DNA of 64,000 nt. Origin: an uncultured bacterium. GTDB taxonomy: Bacteria; Bdellovibrionota_G; JALEGL01; DATDPG01. Positions 10,487 through 21,266 of the stretch are shown piece by piece (positions within the stretch are counted from its first letter, which is position 1; each line of letters begins with the position of its first letter). Both the position numbers and the translations under genes were made by a program. Below the pieces are notes generated by a model, which saw nothing but the letters and a program-made list of their open reading frames with translations, ran no database searches and was not told the origin of the DNA. The stretch is from positions 5,103 through 69,102 of the forward strand of contig CAYNHQ010000005.1 in the NCBI GenBank assembly GCA_964397255.1. Direction: 5' to 3'.

Positions 10487-11951
10487 AGGTCAGTAATTTC
10501 CCTTTACCATCGATGGTGGTCAAGAGATTCACCGGGCGCCCCCAAACAACGTTTACATTACGAATGGTGTCCCGCGCCCAATCGAGCTTGAGGTCGATGC
10601 CTTCATGCTTATGTCGGAGGAGAAGTTCGCCACGGTTCTCAAAGTTGCCGTCTTCGACGACAATGATGGGAAGCCCCCGATTCGTCAGTGCGAAAAGGAG
10701 GGTTTGCTTCACCTTTTTAAATTCACGCGTCAAAATTTCGTAATTTCCACTTTTCGGGTTCATTCCAAATGCGAAGAGCTTATGTTTGATGCAGAACTCA
10801 GGAGTTAAAAATTCGTCGAGAAAGGTGACATCGTTGTAAACGCGGCGGACCTCAAAGATTTTCTTTCTCCCCAGCCCCAGCTTTTTGTTCCAATTCTTTT
10901 TTTCTGCAAGATCCTGGCAGTCGTCATAATCCTTTCCGAAACGCCCCGTATCCCAGCGCTCTTCGATGTCGCGCAAAAGCTCGATGCCGAGTTTGTAGGG
11001 ATTCAATCGGCCGCCCGAAGTGGCCAGCGTTCCAGAATGATGATCGGCGTAATCAACTAATTCCGAAGCGCGAAGCGCCTTTTGCGTCATGATTTTCGAG
11101 TGCCAATAGCTGGCCCAACCCTCGTTCATGATCTTGGTCTGCGCCTGTGGCGCAAAGTAGTAGGCTTCATCGCGAATGATCGCCAAAATATCCCGCTGCC
11201 AATTTTCAAGAGGCGCATGAAGCAGAAGAAAACTCAACACGTCTTTAAGGGGCTCAGGAGGAAATTTCTGCTTGAGCTTCCTTCGGTCCTCAAATTTCTT
11301 TTTTTGTTCGTCTAGAAACTCCGGGGGATTGATGTAAGAATCCATGTAATCCTTGCTCTTTAACCGAGCCACGGAAGGGCGGGGGGGATCCTCATAGGTA
11401 TCCGATATTACACGCCGACGATCGGCGGCCTCCTCGGTGCGAGCGATGAAAAGAGAATGGGGATCGATCAAACTGTCGATCGAAAGGCATACATCGATGA
11501 ATCTTTCCACAGGCTCAAAGCCATAACGGTCGATGTAACGCCGAATTCTGGTTCCGTGGTTCGCCATGACATCGATCATTTTTCGATTCGTTTTGGAAAA
11601 CCAATAATTGTTCTTAAAAAAATCACAGTGACCAAAAACATGCGACATCACCAATTTTTGATCGACCAGCGCGTTTGATTTTAAAAGATAGGCGTAACAT
11701 GGATCGTTGTTGATCACCATCTCGTAGATTTTCGAAAGGCCATACTCGTAGCCCTTGGAGAGCTGTTCATATTCCATTCCGAATGACCAATGGGGATAGC
11801 GAGTCGGGAATCCACCATAGGAGGCCACCTGATTGAGCTCGTCGAATTCGAGAACCTCGAAAATGGTCGTGAAAAAATCAAGACCAAAATCACGCGCATA
11901 TTGCTCGATCTCTTCCCGGGCCTTAGCCAATTCAATGGATAAATCGGCCAC
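10419..11951 (-). CDS. spoVR: SpoVR/YcgB family protein
   Basis: [51 protein letters not shown] and NPYKLG. Confidence 0.95.
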   Translation of the reverse strand: MADLSIELAKAREEIEQYARDFGLDFFTTIFEVLEFDELNQVASYGGFPTRYPHWSFGMEYEQLSKGYEYGLSKIYEMVINNDPCYAYLLKSNALVDQKLVMSHVFGHCDFFKNNYWFSKTNRKMIDVMANHGTRIRRYIDRYGFEPVERFIDVCLSIDSLIDPHSLFIARTEEAADRRRVISDTYEDPPRPSVARLKSKDYMDSYINPPEFLDEQKKKFEDRRKLKQKFPPEPLKDVLSFLLLHAPLENWQRDILAIIRDEAYYFAPQAQTKIMNEGWASYWHSKIMTQKALRASELVDYADHHSGTLATSGGRLNPYKLGIELLRDIEERWDTGRFGKDYDDCQDLAEKKNWNKKLGLGRKKIFEVRRVYNDVTFLDEFLTPEFCIKHKLFAFGMNPKSGNYEILTREFKKVKQTLLFALTNRGLPIIVVEDGNFENRGELLLRHKHEGIDLKLDWARDTIRNVNVVWGRPVNLLTTIDGKGKLLTYDGKEQKEKSLEAEEPSSPPQT

Positions 11952-13060
11952 TATTTTCCCTTTCCAAGAAATGTCTTGATCGAATCATAAATGTCTTCTT
12001 TGCTGTCAATTTTGGAAGTGATGAGGTTCTCTTCCGGTGACATATGTTCGCGAAGATCCTTTAAAAATTGACCGGAGCCATACTGCGATTCGACCTGCCC
12101 GTAACAAAATAAATTCACAAATGGAAGAAGGCGCTCGCGCATGAGGCGCAGGCATAGAGCCGTGTCTTCCGCCGACCAATTGTCCCCATCGGAAAAGTGA
12201 AAGATGTAAATGTTCCACTCGCTGGGTTCATATTCATCATGAATCATCCGCTCGCAAAGCTTGTATGCGGAGGAAATGATCGTCCCTCCCGATTCACGCG
12301 TATGATAAAACGTTTCGCTGTCGACTTCCCGCGCAGCGGCATCATGGATGATGTAGCGGGACTCGACTCCCTTGTATTGGCTCTTCAGCCAGGTATCGAT
12401 CCAAAAACTTTCGGTTCGTACGATTTCCTTTTGCTCGGTGCCCATCGAACCGGAAACGTCCATAATATAAATGATCAGGGCATTGGAAGCCGGCATTGGC
12501 ACCAGCCGCCACGAGCGATATCGCTTGTCTTCTCGAATCGGAATGACCAGGGGATCGTCGGGGTTGTAAACTCCCGTGGCGATTTGACGCCGAAGCGCTT
12601 GTTTATAGGTTCTTTTGAAATGGCGAAGCGATTCAGGTCCGGCGCGATGGATGCCGGTATATTTTTCTTTCATGCTGGCGATATTTCGTTTTTGGCCCTT
12701 CGGTTCAATTCGAGGCAGCTCCAATTCCTCCGCTAAAATCTTGGCCAACTCTTCCAGCGAAACTTCCACTTCCAAGACATGTTGGCCCGGCAAGCTCCCC
12801 GCCTGGCCCTCTCCCCCCTCCTCATCGCCGGGTGCCAGCGGTGTTCCTGGTTCGCCATCGCCTTGGCCGACGCCCTTGTTTTTCCGCGGGTCATGGACAA
12901 AGTGAGGTAGATCGATCCGGGGGATGGGAATGGAGACCAGTTCTTTTCCCTTCCGGCCAATCATTTCACCGGAAGACATGTACTTGCGAAGATCCTGCTT
13001 TATTTTTCCACGTACAATCTGCTTAAAGCGATTGTAGTCATTGTCTATTTTGAGAGCCAT
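11951..13060 (-). CDS. yeaH: YeaH/YhbH (DUF444) vWA-like protein
   Basis: MDVSGSM (MIDAS), [11 protein letters not shown] and FHFSDGDNW. Start MALKID at 13060. Confidence 0.93.
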   Translation of the reverse strand: MALKIDNDYNRFKQIVRGKIKQDLRKYMSSGEMIGRKGKELVSIPIPRIDLPHFVHDPRKNKGVGQGDGEPGTPLAPGDEEGGEGQAGSLPGQHVLEVEVSLEELAKILAEELELPRIEPKGQKRNIASMKEKYTGIHRAGPESLRHFKRTYKQALRRQIATGVYNPDDPLVIPIREDKRYRSWRLVPMPASNALIIYIMDVSGSMGTEQKEIVRTESFWIDTWLKSQYKGVESRYIIHDAAAREVDSETFYHTRESGGTIISSAYKLCERMIHDEYEPSEWNIYIFHFSDGDNWSAEDTALCLRLMRERLLPFVNLFCYGQVESQYGSGQFLKDLREHMSPEENLITSKIDSKEDIYDSIKTFLGKGK

Positions 13061-13073
13061 GGTTGGCCCAAGG

Positions 13074-15149
13074 CTATTTTTCCGCCTTGATGTCTCCTCG
13101 GGCAAAGATCGATGCCACAAAGTTGAGAACATCGGTTGAACAAACGTCGCAATAGCTGTAATTGTTGATCAGGCGTTTCTTCACAATATCGATTTTCTCC
13201 TGTGTATCGCGGTCGACGACGGAAGAGACGAGGCTCGTCAATTTGATCGAGTCCTTTTGGTCTTCGAAGAGTTTCAACTCCAGCGCTTTGTGGAGACGCT
13301 CGTTGGTCTTGTAGTTGAACGTCTTTCCTTCGAGAGCCAGGGCGCCGATGTAGTTCATGATTTCGCGGCGGAAATCATCCTTTCTTGATTCCGGAATATC
13401 AATTTTGTCTTCAATCGAGCGCATCAGCCGTTCATCGGGATCGTCCGCCGTCCCTGTGTATTTGTTCCGTACCTTTTCATGCTGCGTGTAGGCCTTGACG
13501 TTGTCGATGTAGTTGGCGCAAAGCTTGGCGATGGCATCCTCGTCGGCGGAGATCGCCCGCTGAACCTCGTTTTTCACAATGTCTTCGTATTCCTGTTTGA
13601 CGACGCTTACGAGCTCGCGGAAACGCTTTCGCGTATCTTCGTTGGCAATCAGCGAATGATTCTTAAGTCCCGCTTCCAATTCGTTGAGAACCATAAAGGG
13701 GTTCACGCAGCCTTCATTTCGTTCGTTGACAAGGGAATTTGAAATTTTGTCCTGGATATAGCGAGGCGAAATGCCGTCAAGTCCTTCCCGGTGGGCTTCC
13801 TTTCGGAGTTCGCGAACATTTTCTTCCGTAAAGCCCGGCAAAGTCTTTCCATCGTATAGGCGCAACTTTTGAACGAGCGTCAGGCTCGCTTTTTTCGGTT
13901 CTTCCAGCCGTGTGAGAACCGCCCATTGCCCCGCCATTTCCAAGGTGTGAGGGGCGATATGCTTCGCCTTGATTTTCTGCTGATTAAAGTCTTTTTCGTA
14001 AATTTTAATTTCTTCGCTCACTTTGGTGATGTAGGGAACATCGATTTTCACGGTTCGATCACGGAGCGCTTCCATGAACTCGTTGTTCTGAAGTTTCCGA
14101 AACTCCGGCTCGTTCGTATGACCGATAATGACTTCATCGATATCGGTCTGAGGAAATTTTTTCGGCTTCACCTTGTGTTCCTGAGATGCGCCCAGGAGGT
14201 CGTAGAGAAAGGCGACATCGAGTTTTAAAACTTCCACAAACTCAATGATCCCTCGGTTGGCGATGTTGAACTCGCCATCGAAGTTAAAAGCGCGGGGATC
14301 GGAATCCGAACCGTACATCGCGATTCGCCGGTAGTTGATATCTCCCGTGAGTTCCGTGGAATCCTGATTTTTTTCGTCTTTCGGCTGAAATGTTCCAATG
14401 CCGACACGATCCCGTTCGGAGAGGAGAAGTCTTCGGACAACGATGTGCTGAATGAGTTTCGTCCAATCTCCCTCATAATGGCGGAAAAGCTCTTTGTAGA
14501 CTTGGCGACAAGCGGGGCAGAGGTCGCCGTCGATCGCGACCTTGAATTCGCTGGTGTTATTCTTATTGAGCTGCTGCATGACTTCCCCACGAAATTCTTC
14601 GGGAACGAGGTGCAGGGGCTCTTCGTGCATGGGGCAACCCATCTCTTCCTGATCAATGATAGGTGTCGGAAAATCCTCTTTCTTCAGTTTCCACGTAAAA
14701 GTGTAAAGCGCACCCTCGGGCCGTCGGGAATATTCTTCAATCCCTTTCTTAAGGAGCCGGACGATCGTTGATTTCGAGGAGCCGACGGGCCCATGGAGCA
14801 AGAGAACACGCCGTTCGGTTCCATACCCTTTGGCGGCGCTTTTGAAGATGTTGACCATTTTCTGGAGCGCAATATCGAGGCCGTAAACGGCGTCCTTGCC
14901 GTTGTCGATTGGATCGGAGAAGAAGTGGTAATGTGTCACCTTTTTCTTTCCGTCAGAATATTCTTCGGTGCCGTAGGAAAGAATCATGTCGTAAATCCGC
15001 TGGTACGCAGAGCGGGAAATCTTTGGATTTTTCTCGACGAGCTTCAGATATTCTTCAAACGTTCCCTCCCAGTGCTGTTCTTTGTAACGAGCGAGGTCCT
15101 GTTTGCCTTTAATGAGAGAGACGATTTTCGAACTATCCATAGTGCTCAA
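13074..15149 (-). CDS. prkA: PrkA/YeaG AAA+ serine protein kinase
   Basis: [27 protein letters not shown] and EALRDR. AGGAGG lies 7 nt before TTG at 15149 (alternative ATG at 15140). Confidence 0.96.
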   Translation of the reverse strand: MSTMDSSKIVSLIKGKQDLARYKEQHWEGTFEEYLKLVEKNPKISRSAYQRIYDMILSYGTEEYSDGKKKVTHYHFFSDPIDNGKDAVYGLDIALQKMVNIFKSAAKGYGTERRVLLLHGPVGSSKSTIVRLLKKGIEEYSRRPEGALYTFTWKLKKEDFPTPIIDQEEMGCPMHEEPLHLVPEEFRGEVMQQLNKNNTSEFKVAIDGDLCPACRQVYKELFRHYEGDWTKLIQHIVVRRLLLSERDRVGIGTFQPKDEKNQDSTELTGDINYRRIAMYGSDSDPRAFNFDGEFNIANRGIIEFVEVLKLDVAFLYDLLGASQEHKVKPKKFPQTDIDEVIIGHTNEPEFRKLQNNEFMEALRDRTVKIDVPYITKVSEEIKIYEKDFNQQKIKAKHIAPHTLEMAGQWAVLTRLEEPKKASLTLVQKLRLYDGKTLPGFTEENVRELRKEAHREGLDGISPRYIQDKISNSLVNERNEGCVNPFMVLNELEAGLKNHSLIANEDTRKRFRELVSVVKQEYEDIVKNEVQRAISADEDAIAKLCANYIDNVKAYTQHEKVRNKYTGTADDPDERLMRSIEDKIDIPESRKDDFRREIMNYIGALALEGKTFNYKTNERLHKALELKLFEDQKDSIKLTSLVSSVVDRDTQEKIDIVKKRLINNYSYCDVCSTDVLNFVASIFARGDIKAEK

Positions 15150-15207
15150 GGTGGTTCCTCCTGCCGCGCGAAACAACTGGCGGCATAAGTGGTTGGCCCT
15201 AAAGGAA

Positions 15208-15237
15208 ATTATAACTTTTGAAGCCGAGTGGGGTCAA
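15208..15237 (-). promoter_or_regulatory. Sigma70 promoter of the prkA operon
   Basis: TTGACC-N18-TATAAT on the minus strand. Confidence 0.6.
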
Positions 15238-15300
15238 TCACCAAAAAAAATCAAAGGCTTAGCCCCGAAGTACCCCTTTTGGCAGGTGAATATCTCTATC

Positions 15301-15966
15301 CTAACGTAAAGCGTTAGTCGGCCGATTTTGCTTTCTCGTTCCGTGCAGAGCTCGGCGTAGAGCTTTGGGGAGATCGTGGAGGAGCTCTTTTGGTAGTGAC
15401 AACGAAAACCGATCGAATTCAGAGGCTAAATAAGGAATATCAGCCTCCCGGTTTCCCTCCAGAATGGATTTTAAGTCGTCCAAGTCTTTGTATCGCGTTG
15501 GATTATCGCGAAGGGCGAACGCCTTCGAAACAATGAAATCTTCGAGTGTGATCGTGGGTAACTTTGCAAAGCCAAAATCAACCAGATGGTGTTGCGCTCG
15601 AAGAAGGGCGCTTTTTACCCAGGGCATTCTTGGAAGAAGAATATCGACACCACCATCAGCCTCCTGACCCTTGTCACGTCCAACCAACATCACCACTGGA
15701 GTACTTTTCTTGTTCATCATGGGCGCACGTCGGAGGTCACTCTCTCGAGCATACCCCACATGTAATCCGAGCTTTTTTAAGATCTTTACCGCCAATTCTT
15801 CTGTCTCCCTTTCTTGCTCCGCAATGAGGAGAAGATCGACATCTTGAGTAAGGCGAGGTTCGGGACGGAATAGGTTGGCAACGATCCCTCCAGCGACAGC
15901 GAAATTACCCTTCGTTTTTCGAAGAATTTTTGTAACTTCCTCTAAGCGCTCAAGAGGGCCGGGCAT
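15301..15966 (-). CDS. Pol-beta-superfamily nucleotidyltransferase (DUF6036/AbiEii-like)
   Basis: FAVAGGIVA..RLTQDVDLL (GG-x-D-x-D) and C-terminal SKAFA..RYKDLDDL. Confidence 0.75.
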   Translation of the reverse strand: MPGPLERLEEVTKILRKTKGNFAVAGGIVANLFRPEPRLTQDVDLLLIAEQERETEELAVKILKKLGLHVGYARESDLRRAPMMNKKSTPVVMLVGRDKGQEADGGVDILLPRMPWVKSALLRAQHHLVDFGFAKLPTITLEDFIVSKAFALRDNPTRYKDLDDLKSILEGNREADIPYLASEFDRFSLSLPKELLHDLPKALRRALHGTRKQNRPTNALR

Positions 15967-16327
15967 AAATTTTTCTAATCCGCTTTAGCTTTTTAAGCGT
16001 TGGGTCTATCCAACTCAGCACGCGAAAAACCCGCAAAGAGAGCGATTCAGCGCTTTCTCTTAATTTCTGTTGTTCCGCTTCTGTAACGAGTAACCGAAAA
16101 AGCTTTTCGTCTCCAGGTGAAAGCTGGGATGTGTATCCCACGCGACGGAACGTAGCCGTTCGTCTCGCCAGACCGGCCTTTTCGAGGCGCGCGAGCACCA
16201 TTGAGGCTCCACGGGGGGAAAGGTTGCAATGATCGGCAGCTTCTCGAAGACCTATCAAGTGAGAAGAGCAATAGAGTACTCGTAACATGGCCCATGTGGG
16301 TTCCATGAAAATCTGTCGAGCGAACAT
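15950..16327 (-). CDS. Winged-HTH protein, putative regulator/antitoxin of the nucleotidyltransferase
   Basis: LRVLY..IGLREAADHCNLSPRGASMVLARLEKAGLARR; 17-nt overlap with the downstream gene. Start ATG 16327. Confidence 0.65.
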   Translation of the reverse strand: MFARQIFMEPTWAMLRVLYCSSHLIGLREAADHCNLSPRGASMVLARLEKAGLARRTATFRRVGYTSQLSPGDEKLFRLLVTEAEQQKLRESAESLSLRVFRVLSWIDPTLKKLKRIRKIYARPS

Positions 16328-16344
16328 CGGTTGCACGATATAAG

Positions 16345-16362
16345 TGTATACCAAAGTATACA
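16345..16362. promoter_or_regulatory. Palindromic operator candidate TGTATAC-N4-GTATACA
   Basis: Perfect inverted repeat in an AT-rich stretch 18-35 nt upstream of the wHTH start. Confidence 0.55.
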
Positions 16363-16389
16363 TATAAATCAATTGTCGAAATCTAAGCG

Positions 16390-18333
16390 TTATCTGCGGG
16401 TGAGCTCAGCGAGTTTCTCTTTAATCAGGGGGCAGTCAGGTTCGAGCTGGAGGCCGAACTGGAGATTGAGTTTGGCGGAATCGAGCTTTCCCATTCGAAT
16501 GGCATCGAGGGCAAGGTTGAAAAATCGTTTTCCCTGTGCGGTCTTGGGAGCGCGATCTTCCGGAGCGCTTCTAGGTGGTGGAGCGGGAGCGTCAGCTCCC
16601 TTTGTCACAGAAACCGTTGGAGGAACAACCGTTTTTGCGGCAAGACGTTCATCATATGTCCTTCGTTTTTCAGGATGTTTCAGTGTGACATAGGCATCAA
16701 TCATCCGCTTATACACTTCCTTGGCGACTTCTTTTAACGCCACATCCGCGACGTCGAAAAAGCAATCGGGATGGAAGCGCTTGGTGCACTGTCGATAGGC
16801 CTTTTGGACATCCGTTGCTGAACTTCTCTGATCAATCCCCAGGAGCTGATAATAATCGCTCTTCCCCTGATAGGTTTGAAGCGCTGTTAGAATCCATTGC
16901 GTGGAATTTTTCGGGTCGATCGCGTCTATCAGTTCCCAAGTTGGGCGCGAATAGGGAGTGAAAGACAGAGCCTTTCGCGCGGCGGCGGTCGCTTTTTCAT
17001 TTTCCTTCATTTCGTGAAGCCAGATCGCCAGACCCTCATAGGCTTCGCCTCCGGAAGTCGGAAGCGCCACGACGCGCCGGAGTTCACGGATCACTCTGTC
17101 CCGCATCGCCACGTCCGATGGACCTTTGAGTTTCAGCGCCACGCGAGCAAATGCGGCGGCTAATCGAGACGAATCCCGCAGTTCCTTCATTCCCTCTTCA
17201 TAGATCGACAACGCCTGGGCAGACTCTCCACTCGCTTCCTGTGTAGCTCCTTTTCGCAGCCAATCTTCTTCGCGGATCGTTAAACTTCGTTCAACGAATG
17301 ATCCCGTCTCTCCGGAAGCAAGATAAGCGTCGTATTCACTGCGCTTGGCGGGATTGATCAGAACCATTCGTGCTTCCGCCAATTTTTTCATGATGGTTTC
17401 GTGTTTGGAAAGCTCGGAAGATTGAAGAAATTTTTCCGGTGGAAGAGATGAATAGCGGTTCAGTTTTTCATTCCAGACTTTTTCGATTTCGGCGAGCGTC
17501 GCCTCCGGTTGGGTACCAAGCCAGTCATAATAGCTGGACCGATCCAGCTGGCCAAAAAGCGCATTCACTTCATTTCGAAGAGCGCGCTCTTTCTCGCCCA
17601 GTGATGCAAAAAATTTCTTCTCAGAAATTTCCGCCACCGATTCGAGTCGCAGTAGGCCGACCAAAGTGTACGCGAGGAGCAGGGAATAAATCTTGTCCGG
17701 ATCAAGAAAACTGGAGGAATAGACTTCAGAAATCACATTGTTGGTTCGAACGACATTCAAGAGCCCCTTTTCCTCCGGATCGAGCGGCAAGGGTTCCATC
17801 GTCCGCTCCAGTTTTTCATCGAGAAAAACAAAGTTTTCACGCGCGAGTTTGGGAACCAACTTCTGCCCTACATCGGTAGGAAGAGCATGGGCAATGGCTA
17901 GGAGCAATCGCAGCCCCGGGAGCAATCGCCCGGATGCCGCTGGAGGAGTTTCTTGAAATTTCACTTCAGCCTTTGGAAGCGCAGCAGAAATCGCGGCGAT
18001 GGAACCGACATACTCCTTCCAAAGTGCTTCTTCTTGATCGGAAGGAAGTCTCACAATTGAGATCGCGGCGGCCCATGGGGCGGTTTTCCCATCTTTGAGC
18101 ATCACTAAGAATTGAATCACCTGAGCTTCTGTGAATTTCCCCTTTTTTTGAAGGAACCCTCCGGCGGTTTCGCTCTTTGCGTTCGCGGCGGCTCCGGTCG
18201 CATTTCCCTCTTTGAACGTCAGTTGACGGGTGATCTTGTCGGTTTGGACTCGTAGGAGGCCGCTTTTTCGTTCACGCACGATGGCCGCGATCGCCAAGAG
18301 AGGCGGAAGGGCTGAGATCTCAGCTTCTGTCAT
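16390..18333 (-). CDS. Multidomain J-protein: DUF4388-like domain, degenerate J, TPR, J, TPR
   Basis: N-terminal RKSGLLRV..LTFKEG; first J-like domain SYYDWLG..PPEK (HPD lost); second J domain DYYQLLGI..RFHPD (intact). Confidence 0.8.
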   Translation of the reverse strand: MTEAEISALPPLLAIAAIVRERKSGLLRVQTDKITRQLTFKEGNATGAAANAKSETAGGFLQKKGKFTEAQVIQFLVMLKDGKTAPWAAAISIVRLPSDQEEALWKEYVGSIAAISAALPKAEVKFQETPPAASGRLLPGLRLLLAIAHALPTDVGQKLVPKLARENFVFLDEKLERTMEPLPLDPEEKGLLNVVRTNNVISEVYSSSFLDPDKIYSLLLAYTLVGLLRLESVAEISEKKFFASLGEKERALRNEVNALFGQLDRSSYYDWLGTQPEATLAEIEKVWNEKLNRYSSLPPEKFLQSSELSKHETIMKKLAEARMVLINPAKRSEYDAYLASGETGSFVERSLTIREEDWLRKGATQEASGESAQALSIYEEGMKELRDSSRLAAAFARVALKLKGPSDVAMRDRVIRELRRVVALPTSGGEAYEGLAIWLHEMKENEKATAAARKALSFTPYSRPTWELIDAIDPKNSTQWILTALQTYQGKSDYYQLLGIDQRSSATDVQKAYRQCTKRFHPDCFFDVADVALKEVAKEVYKRMIDAYVTLKHPEKRRTYDERLAAKTVVPPTVSVTKGADAPAPPPRSAPEDRAPKTAQGKRFFNLALDAIRMGKLDSAKLNLQFGLQLEPDCPLIKEKLAELTRR

Positions 18334-18338
18334 CGGAC

Positions 18339-19937
18339 TCAGCTCGATGGGTTCGGCGCTTCACTCGCCGGGTTCACGGCCGTTACAACGGCGTCGGTCA
18401 CATTTTTGAGTTCATCCAGTTTCTCTTCGGAGAGACGTCCAGAGGCCTTCAAGCGAACCGACGCGGCTTTACCTGTTTCAATGTCTTTCGCCGTCACATT
18501 GAGAATGCCATTCGTGTCGACTTCGAATTGCACGGCGATGGATACGGTGCCCGCCGGAGCCTTTCGAAGACCGGTCAAAGTGAACTCTCCCAATATTTCA
18601 TTTTCGGTGGCTTTGCGGCTCTCTCCCTGAACGCATCGAATCTTCACGGTCTCCTGATTGTCGGTCGACGTGGAAAATATTTTTGTATGATCCGCCGGGA
18701 CAGGGGTATTGATTTCGATAATACGTTCGGTCAGGCCTCCACGGATTTCAATTCCGAGCGAAAGCGGAGTGAGGTCGATGAGAACGATATCTTTCGCACC
18801 TCCGCTGAGCGCCGCCCCTTGAATAGAGGCGCCCAGGGAAACGACCTCGTCGGGATTGATTCCCGCTTGGGGGTCCCGTTGAAAATAATGTTTCACACCT
18901 CCGTAAACCGCCGGCATTCGGCTCGGTCCCCCGACGAGGATAACGCCGTCGATATCGGTTGGCGTGAGTCGCGCCATTTGCATCGCTTCGTCACATACCT
19001 TAAACGTTCGTTGGACAAGATCGGCGGTCAATTCTTCCATCTCGCGCCGCTCGAGTGTCAAATCAAGATCGATAAATCCATTGTTGTCCGCGGTAATGGC
19101 GGGAATGAAGATTTGTGTTTTTTCGTTCACACTTAAATCCATCTTCGCTTTTTCAGAAGCCTCTTTGAGTTGCTGAAGCGTGATTCGGTCTTTTCGAAGA
19201 TCGACATTCGTTTTCGCCAAGAATTTTTCCGCCGCCCAATCGATGATTCGATCGTCGAAATCATCTCCTCCGAGATACGTGTCGCCCGAAGTCGAAATCA
19301 CTTCAAACACTCCGTCGCCTAATTCAAGAATCGAGACGTCAAACGTTCCGCCGCCCAAATCGTAAACCACCACGCGCTGGCGAACATTTTGCCCGTATCC
19401 ATAGGCAAGCGCGGCTGCCGTGGGTTCGTTGATAATTCGAAGGACATCCAGGCCGGCGATCTTGCCGGCGTCTTTGGTGGCCGCACGCTGATTGTCGTTG
19501 AAATAGGCGGGCACAGTCACCACCGCCCGTCGAATCGTTTCGCCAAAATACTCCTCGGCGATCGACTTCATCTTTTTGAGGATCATGGCGGAGATTTCCT
19601 GAATCGTAAAAGGCCGATCCTGAATTTTGATTTGAACCGATTGATTGTCTCCCTCGATGATTTCGTAGGGGCAAATCGCCTTGGCCTTCTTCACTTCCGC
19701 CGAGAAAAATTTTCGACCGATCAACCGTTTCGCCGAACTCACGGTATTTTCGGCGTCCTGAATAACGTAGGGCTTGGCTTCTTTTCCAACCAGGATCTTT
19801 CCATCGGGGCGGAAATTTACGATGGAAGGCTGAATTTGAACGCCATCTTTGTCGGGAATGACCACCGGTTTTCCATCGATAACGATGGCCACACAGGAGG
19901 TGGAGGTTCCTAGATCAATGCCGACGACTTTATCCAC
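18339..19937 (-). CDS. Hsp70/DnaK paralogue without the C-terminal lid (532 aa)
   Basis: GIDLGT, VPAYFND.QR.ATKDAG, INEPTAAALAYG, DLGGGTFDVS, linker DIVLIDLTPLSLG and SBD-beta; the protein ends shortly after SBD-beta. Confidence 0.93.
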   Translation of the reverse strand: MDKVVGIDLGTSTSCVAIVIDGKPVVIPDKDGVQIQPSIVNFRPDGKILVGKEAKPYVIQDAENTVSSAKRLIGRKFFSAEVKKAKAICPYEIIEGDNQSVQIKIQDRPFTIQEISAMILKKMKSIAEEYFGETIRRAVVTVPAYFNDNQRAATKDAGKIAGLDVLRIINEPTAAALAYGYGQNVRQRVVVYDLGGGTFDVSILELGDGVFEVISTSGDTYLGGDDFDDRIIDWAAEKFLAKTNVDLRKDRITLQQLKEASEKAKMDLSVNEKTQIFIPAITADNNGFIDLDLTLERREMEELTADLVQRTFKVCDEAMQMARLTPTDIDGVILVGGPSRMPAVYGGVKHYFQRDPQAGINPDEVVSLGASIQGAALSGGAKDIVLIDLTPLSLGIEIRGGLTERIIEINTPVPADHTKIFSTSTDNQETVKIRCVQGESRKATENEILGEFTLTGLRKAPAGTVSIAVQFEVDTNGILNVTAKDIETGKAASVRLKASGRLSEEKLDELKNVTDAVVTAVNPASEAPNPSS

Positions 19938-19996
19938 GTTTGCTTCTCTCGCTTCCAGATGTTAGGGATAGTGCTTCTTTCCGACAAGAGTTTTCC

Positions 19997-21205
19997 GTGA
20001 TCACCCTATCCGATATCGAATCCGCCCGAAAACGAATTGGAGAGGTCTTGCATGTGACTCCCCTCCGTGAGGGGTTCGATATCGTGGGAAACTCCGCGAA
20101 TCTCTTTCTAAAACTGGAAACTTTCCATCGCACCGGGTCATTTAAAGAGCGGGGGGCTGTCAATAAGCTTTACTCTCTTTCCAAAGGGGAGGTCCGAGGT
20201 GTCATTGCCGCCTCCGCCGGAAATCATGCGCAGGCGGTTGCCTACCATGGCTCTCTCCTCGGCCTTTCGGTCACGATCGTTATGCCGGAGCAGACGGCGC
20301 TCAACAAGATCAATGCGACCCGACGTTGGGGAGCCGACGTGAAATTGGTCGGAGCGAATTTCGATGAAGCCATGGACCACGCAAAGACTCTCGCAAGCGA
20401 GAAAAAACTGACGTTTGTTCATGCATTCGACGACGAGAAAATCATCGCCGGTCAGGGAACCGTAGGTCTGGAGCTTCTCGAGCAACTTCCCGAAATCGAC
20501 ACCGTAGTGATTCCGGTCGGAGGGGGAGGGCTCGCTTCCGGGACCGCGATCGCACTAAAAGAGCGAAATTCAAAAATTCGAGTGGTGGCCGTTCAAACCG
20601 AGCTTTATCCCTTCATGCTTCGGGCATGGAAGAAAGAAACCTCACCAAATGCTGCGCAGCCCTCCATTCCGACCATTGCGGATGGCATCGCCATCAAGAG
20701 GGCGGGTGAAATCACGACGCCGATTCTTCAAAAGTATCTCGACGATTTTGTGACCGTCACGGAAGAGGAGATCGCGAATGCCATCCTTCATCTTCTCGAG
20801 TCTTCCAAGCTTCTCGTGGAAGGAGCGGGGGCGGCCGGTGTGGCTGCACTGATGGCTGGAAAAGTAAAAAAGATCAAAGGAAATACCGTAGCTCTTTTGT
20901 GCGGCGGGAACATCGACGTTAACTTAATCGCGCGAATCATTGAGAAGGGATTGATCAAGAGCGGAAGACTGGCTCGGATTCAGGTGGTCGTTCCCGATCG
21001 TCCGGGTGGGCTGCAGGGGCTCACGAAGGTTTTGGCCGAGGCCAAAGCGAACATTCTTCAAATTCAACACGATCGGGCCAACACACATATTTCGTTGGCC
21101 ACGACAGGAACGGATTTGACCCTGGAAACCAGAGGTCCCGATCATATCGATGAGATTCTCAAGAGACTCAAAGAATCTGGATACGTCGTGAATCGTCACG
21201 ATTAA
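19997..21205 (+). CDS. ilvA: Threonine ammonia-lyase with ACT domain
   Basis: TGSFKERGA (PLP Lys), SAGNHAQ, PVGGGGL, CGGNID and a C-terminal ACT domain (PDRPGGL). GTG start at 19997. Confidence 0.93.
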   Translation: MITLSDIESARKRIGEVLHVTPLREGFDIVGNSANLFLKLETFHRTGSFKERGAVNKLYSLSKGEVRGVIAASAGNHAQAVAYHGSLLGLSVTIVMPEQTALNKINATRRWGADVKLVGANFDEAMDHAKTLASEKKLTFVHAFDDEKIIAGQGTVGLELLEQLPEIDTVVIPVGGGGLASGTAIALKERNSKIRVVAVQTELYPFMLRAWKKETSPNAAQPSIPTIADGIAIKRAGEITTPILQKYLDDFVTVTEEEIANAILHLLESSKLLVEGAGAAGVAALMAGKVKKIKGNTVALLCGGNIDVNLIARIIEKGLIKSGRLARIQVVVPDRPGGLQGLTKVLAEAKANILQIQHDRANTHISLATTGTDLTLETRGPDHIDEILKRLKESGYVVNRHD

Positions 21206-21206
21206 A

Positions 21207-21226
21207 AAGTGGGTTCAGCCCCACTT
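21207..21226 (-). terminator. Hairpin AAGTGGG-TTCAGC-CCCACTT with its U-tract on the minus strand
   Basis: 7-bp stem immediately after the ilvA stop; the A-run on the plus-strand 5' side gives a U-tract on the minus strand. Confidence 0.35.
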
Positions 21227-21266
21227 CAATGTATATTTCACCAAGTTTATTTTTCAGGAGAAAATC

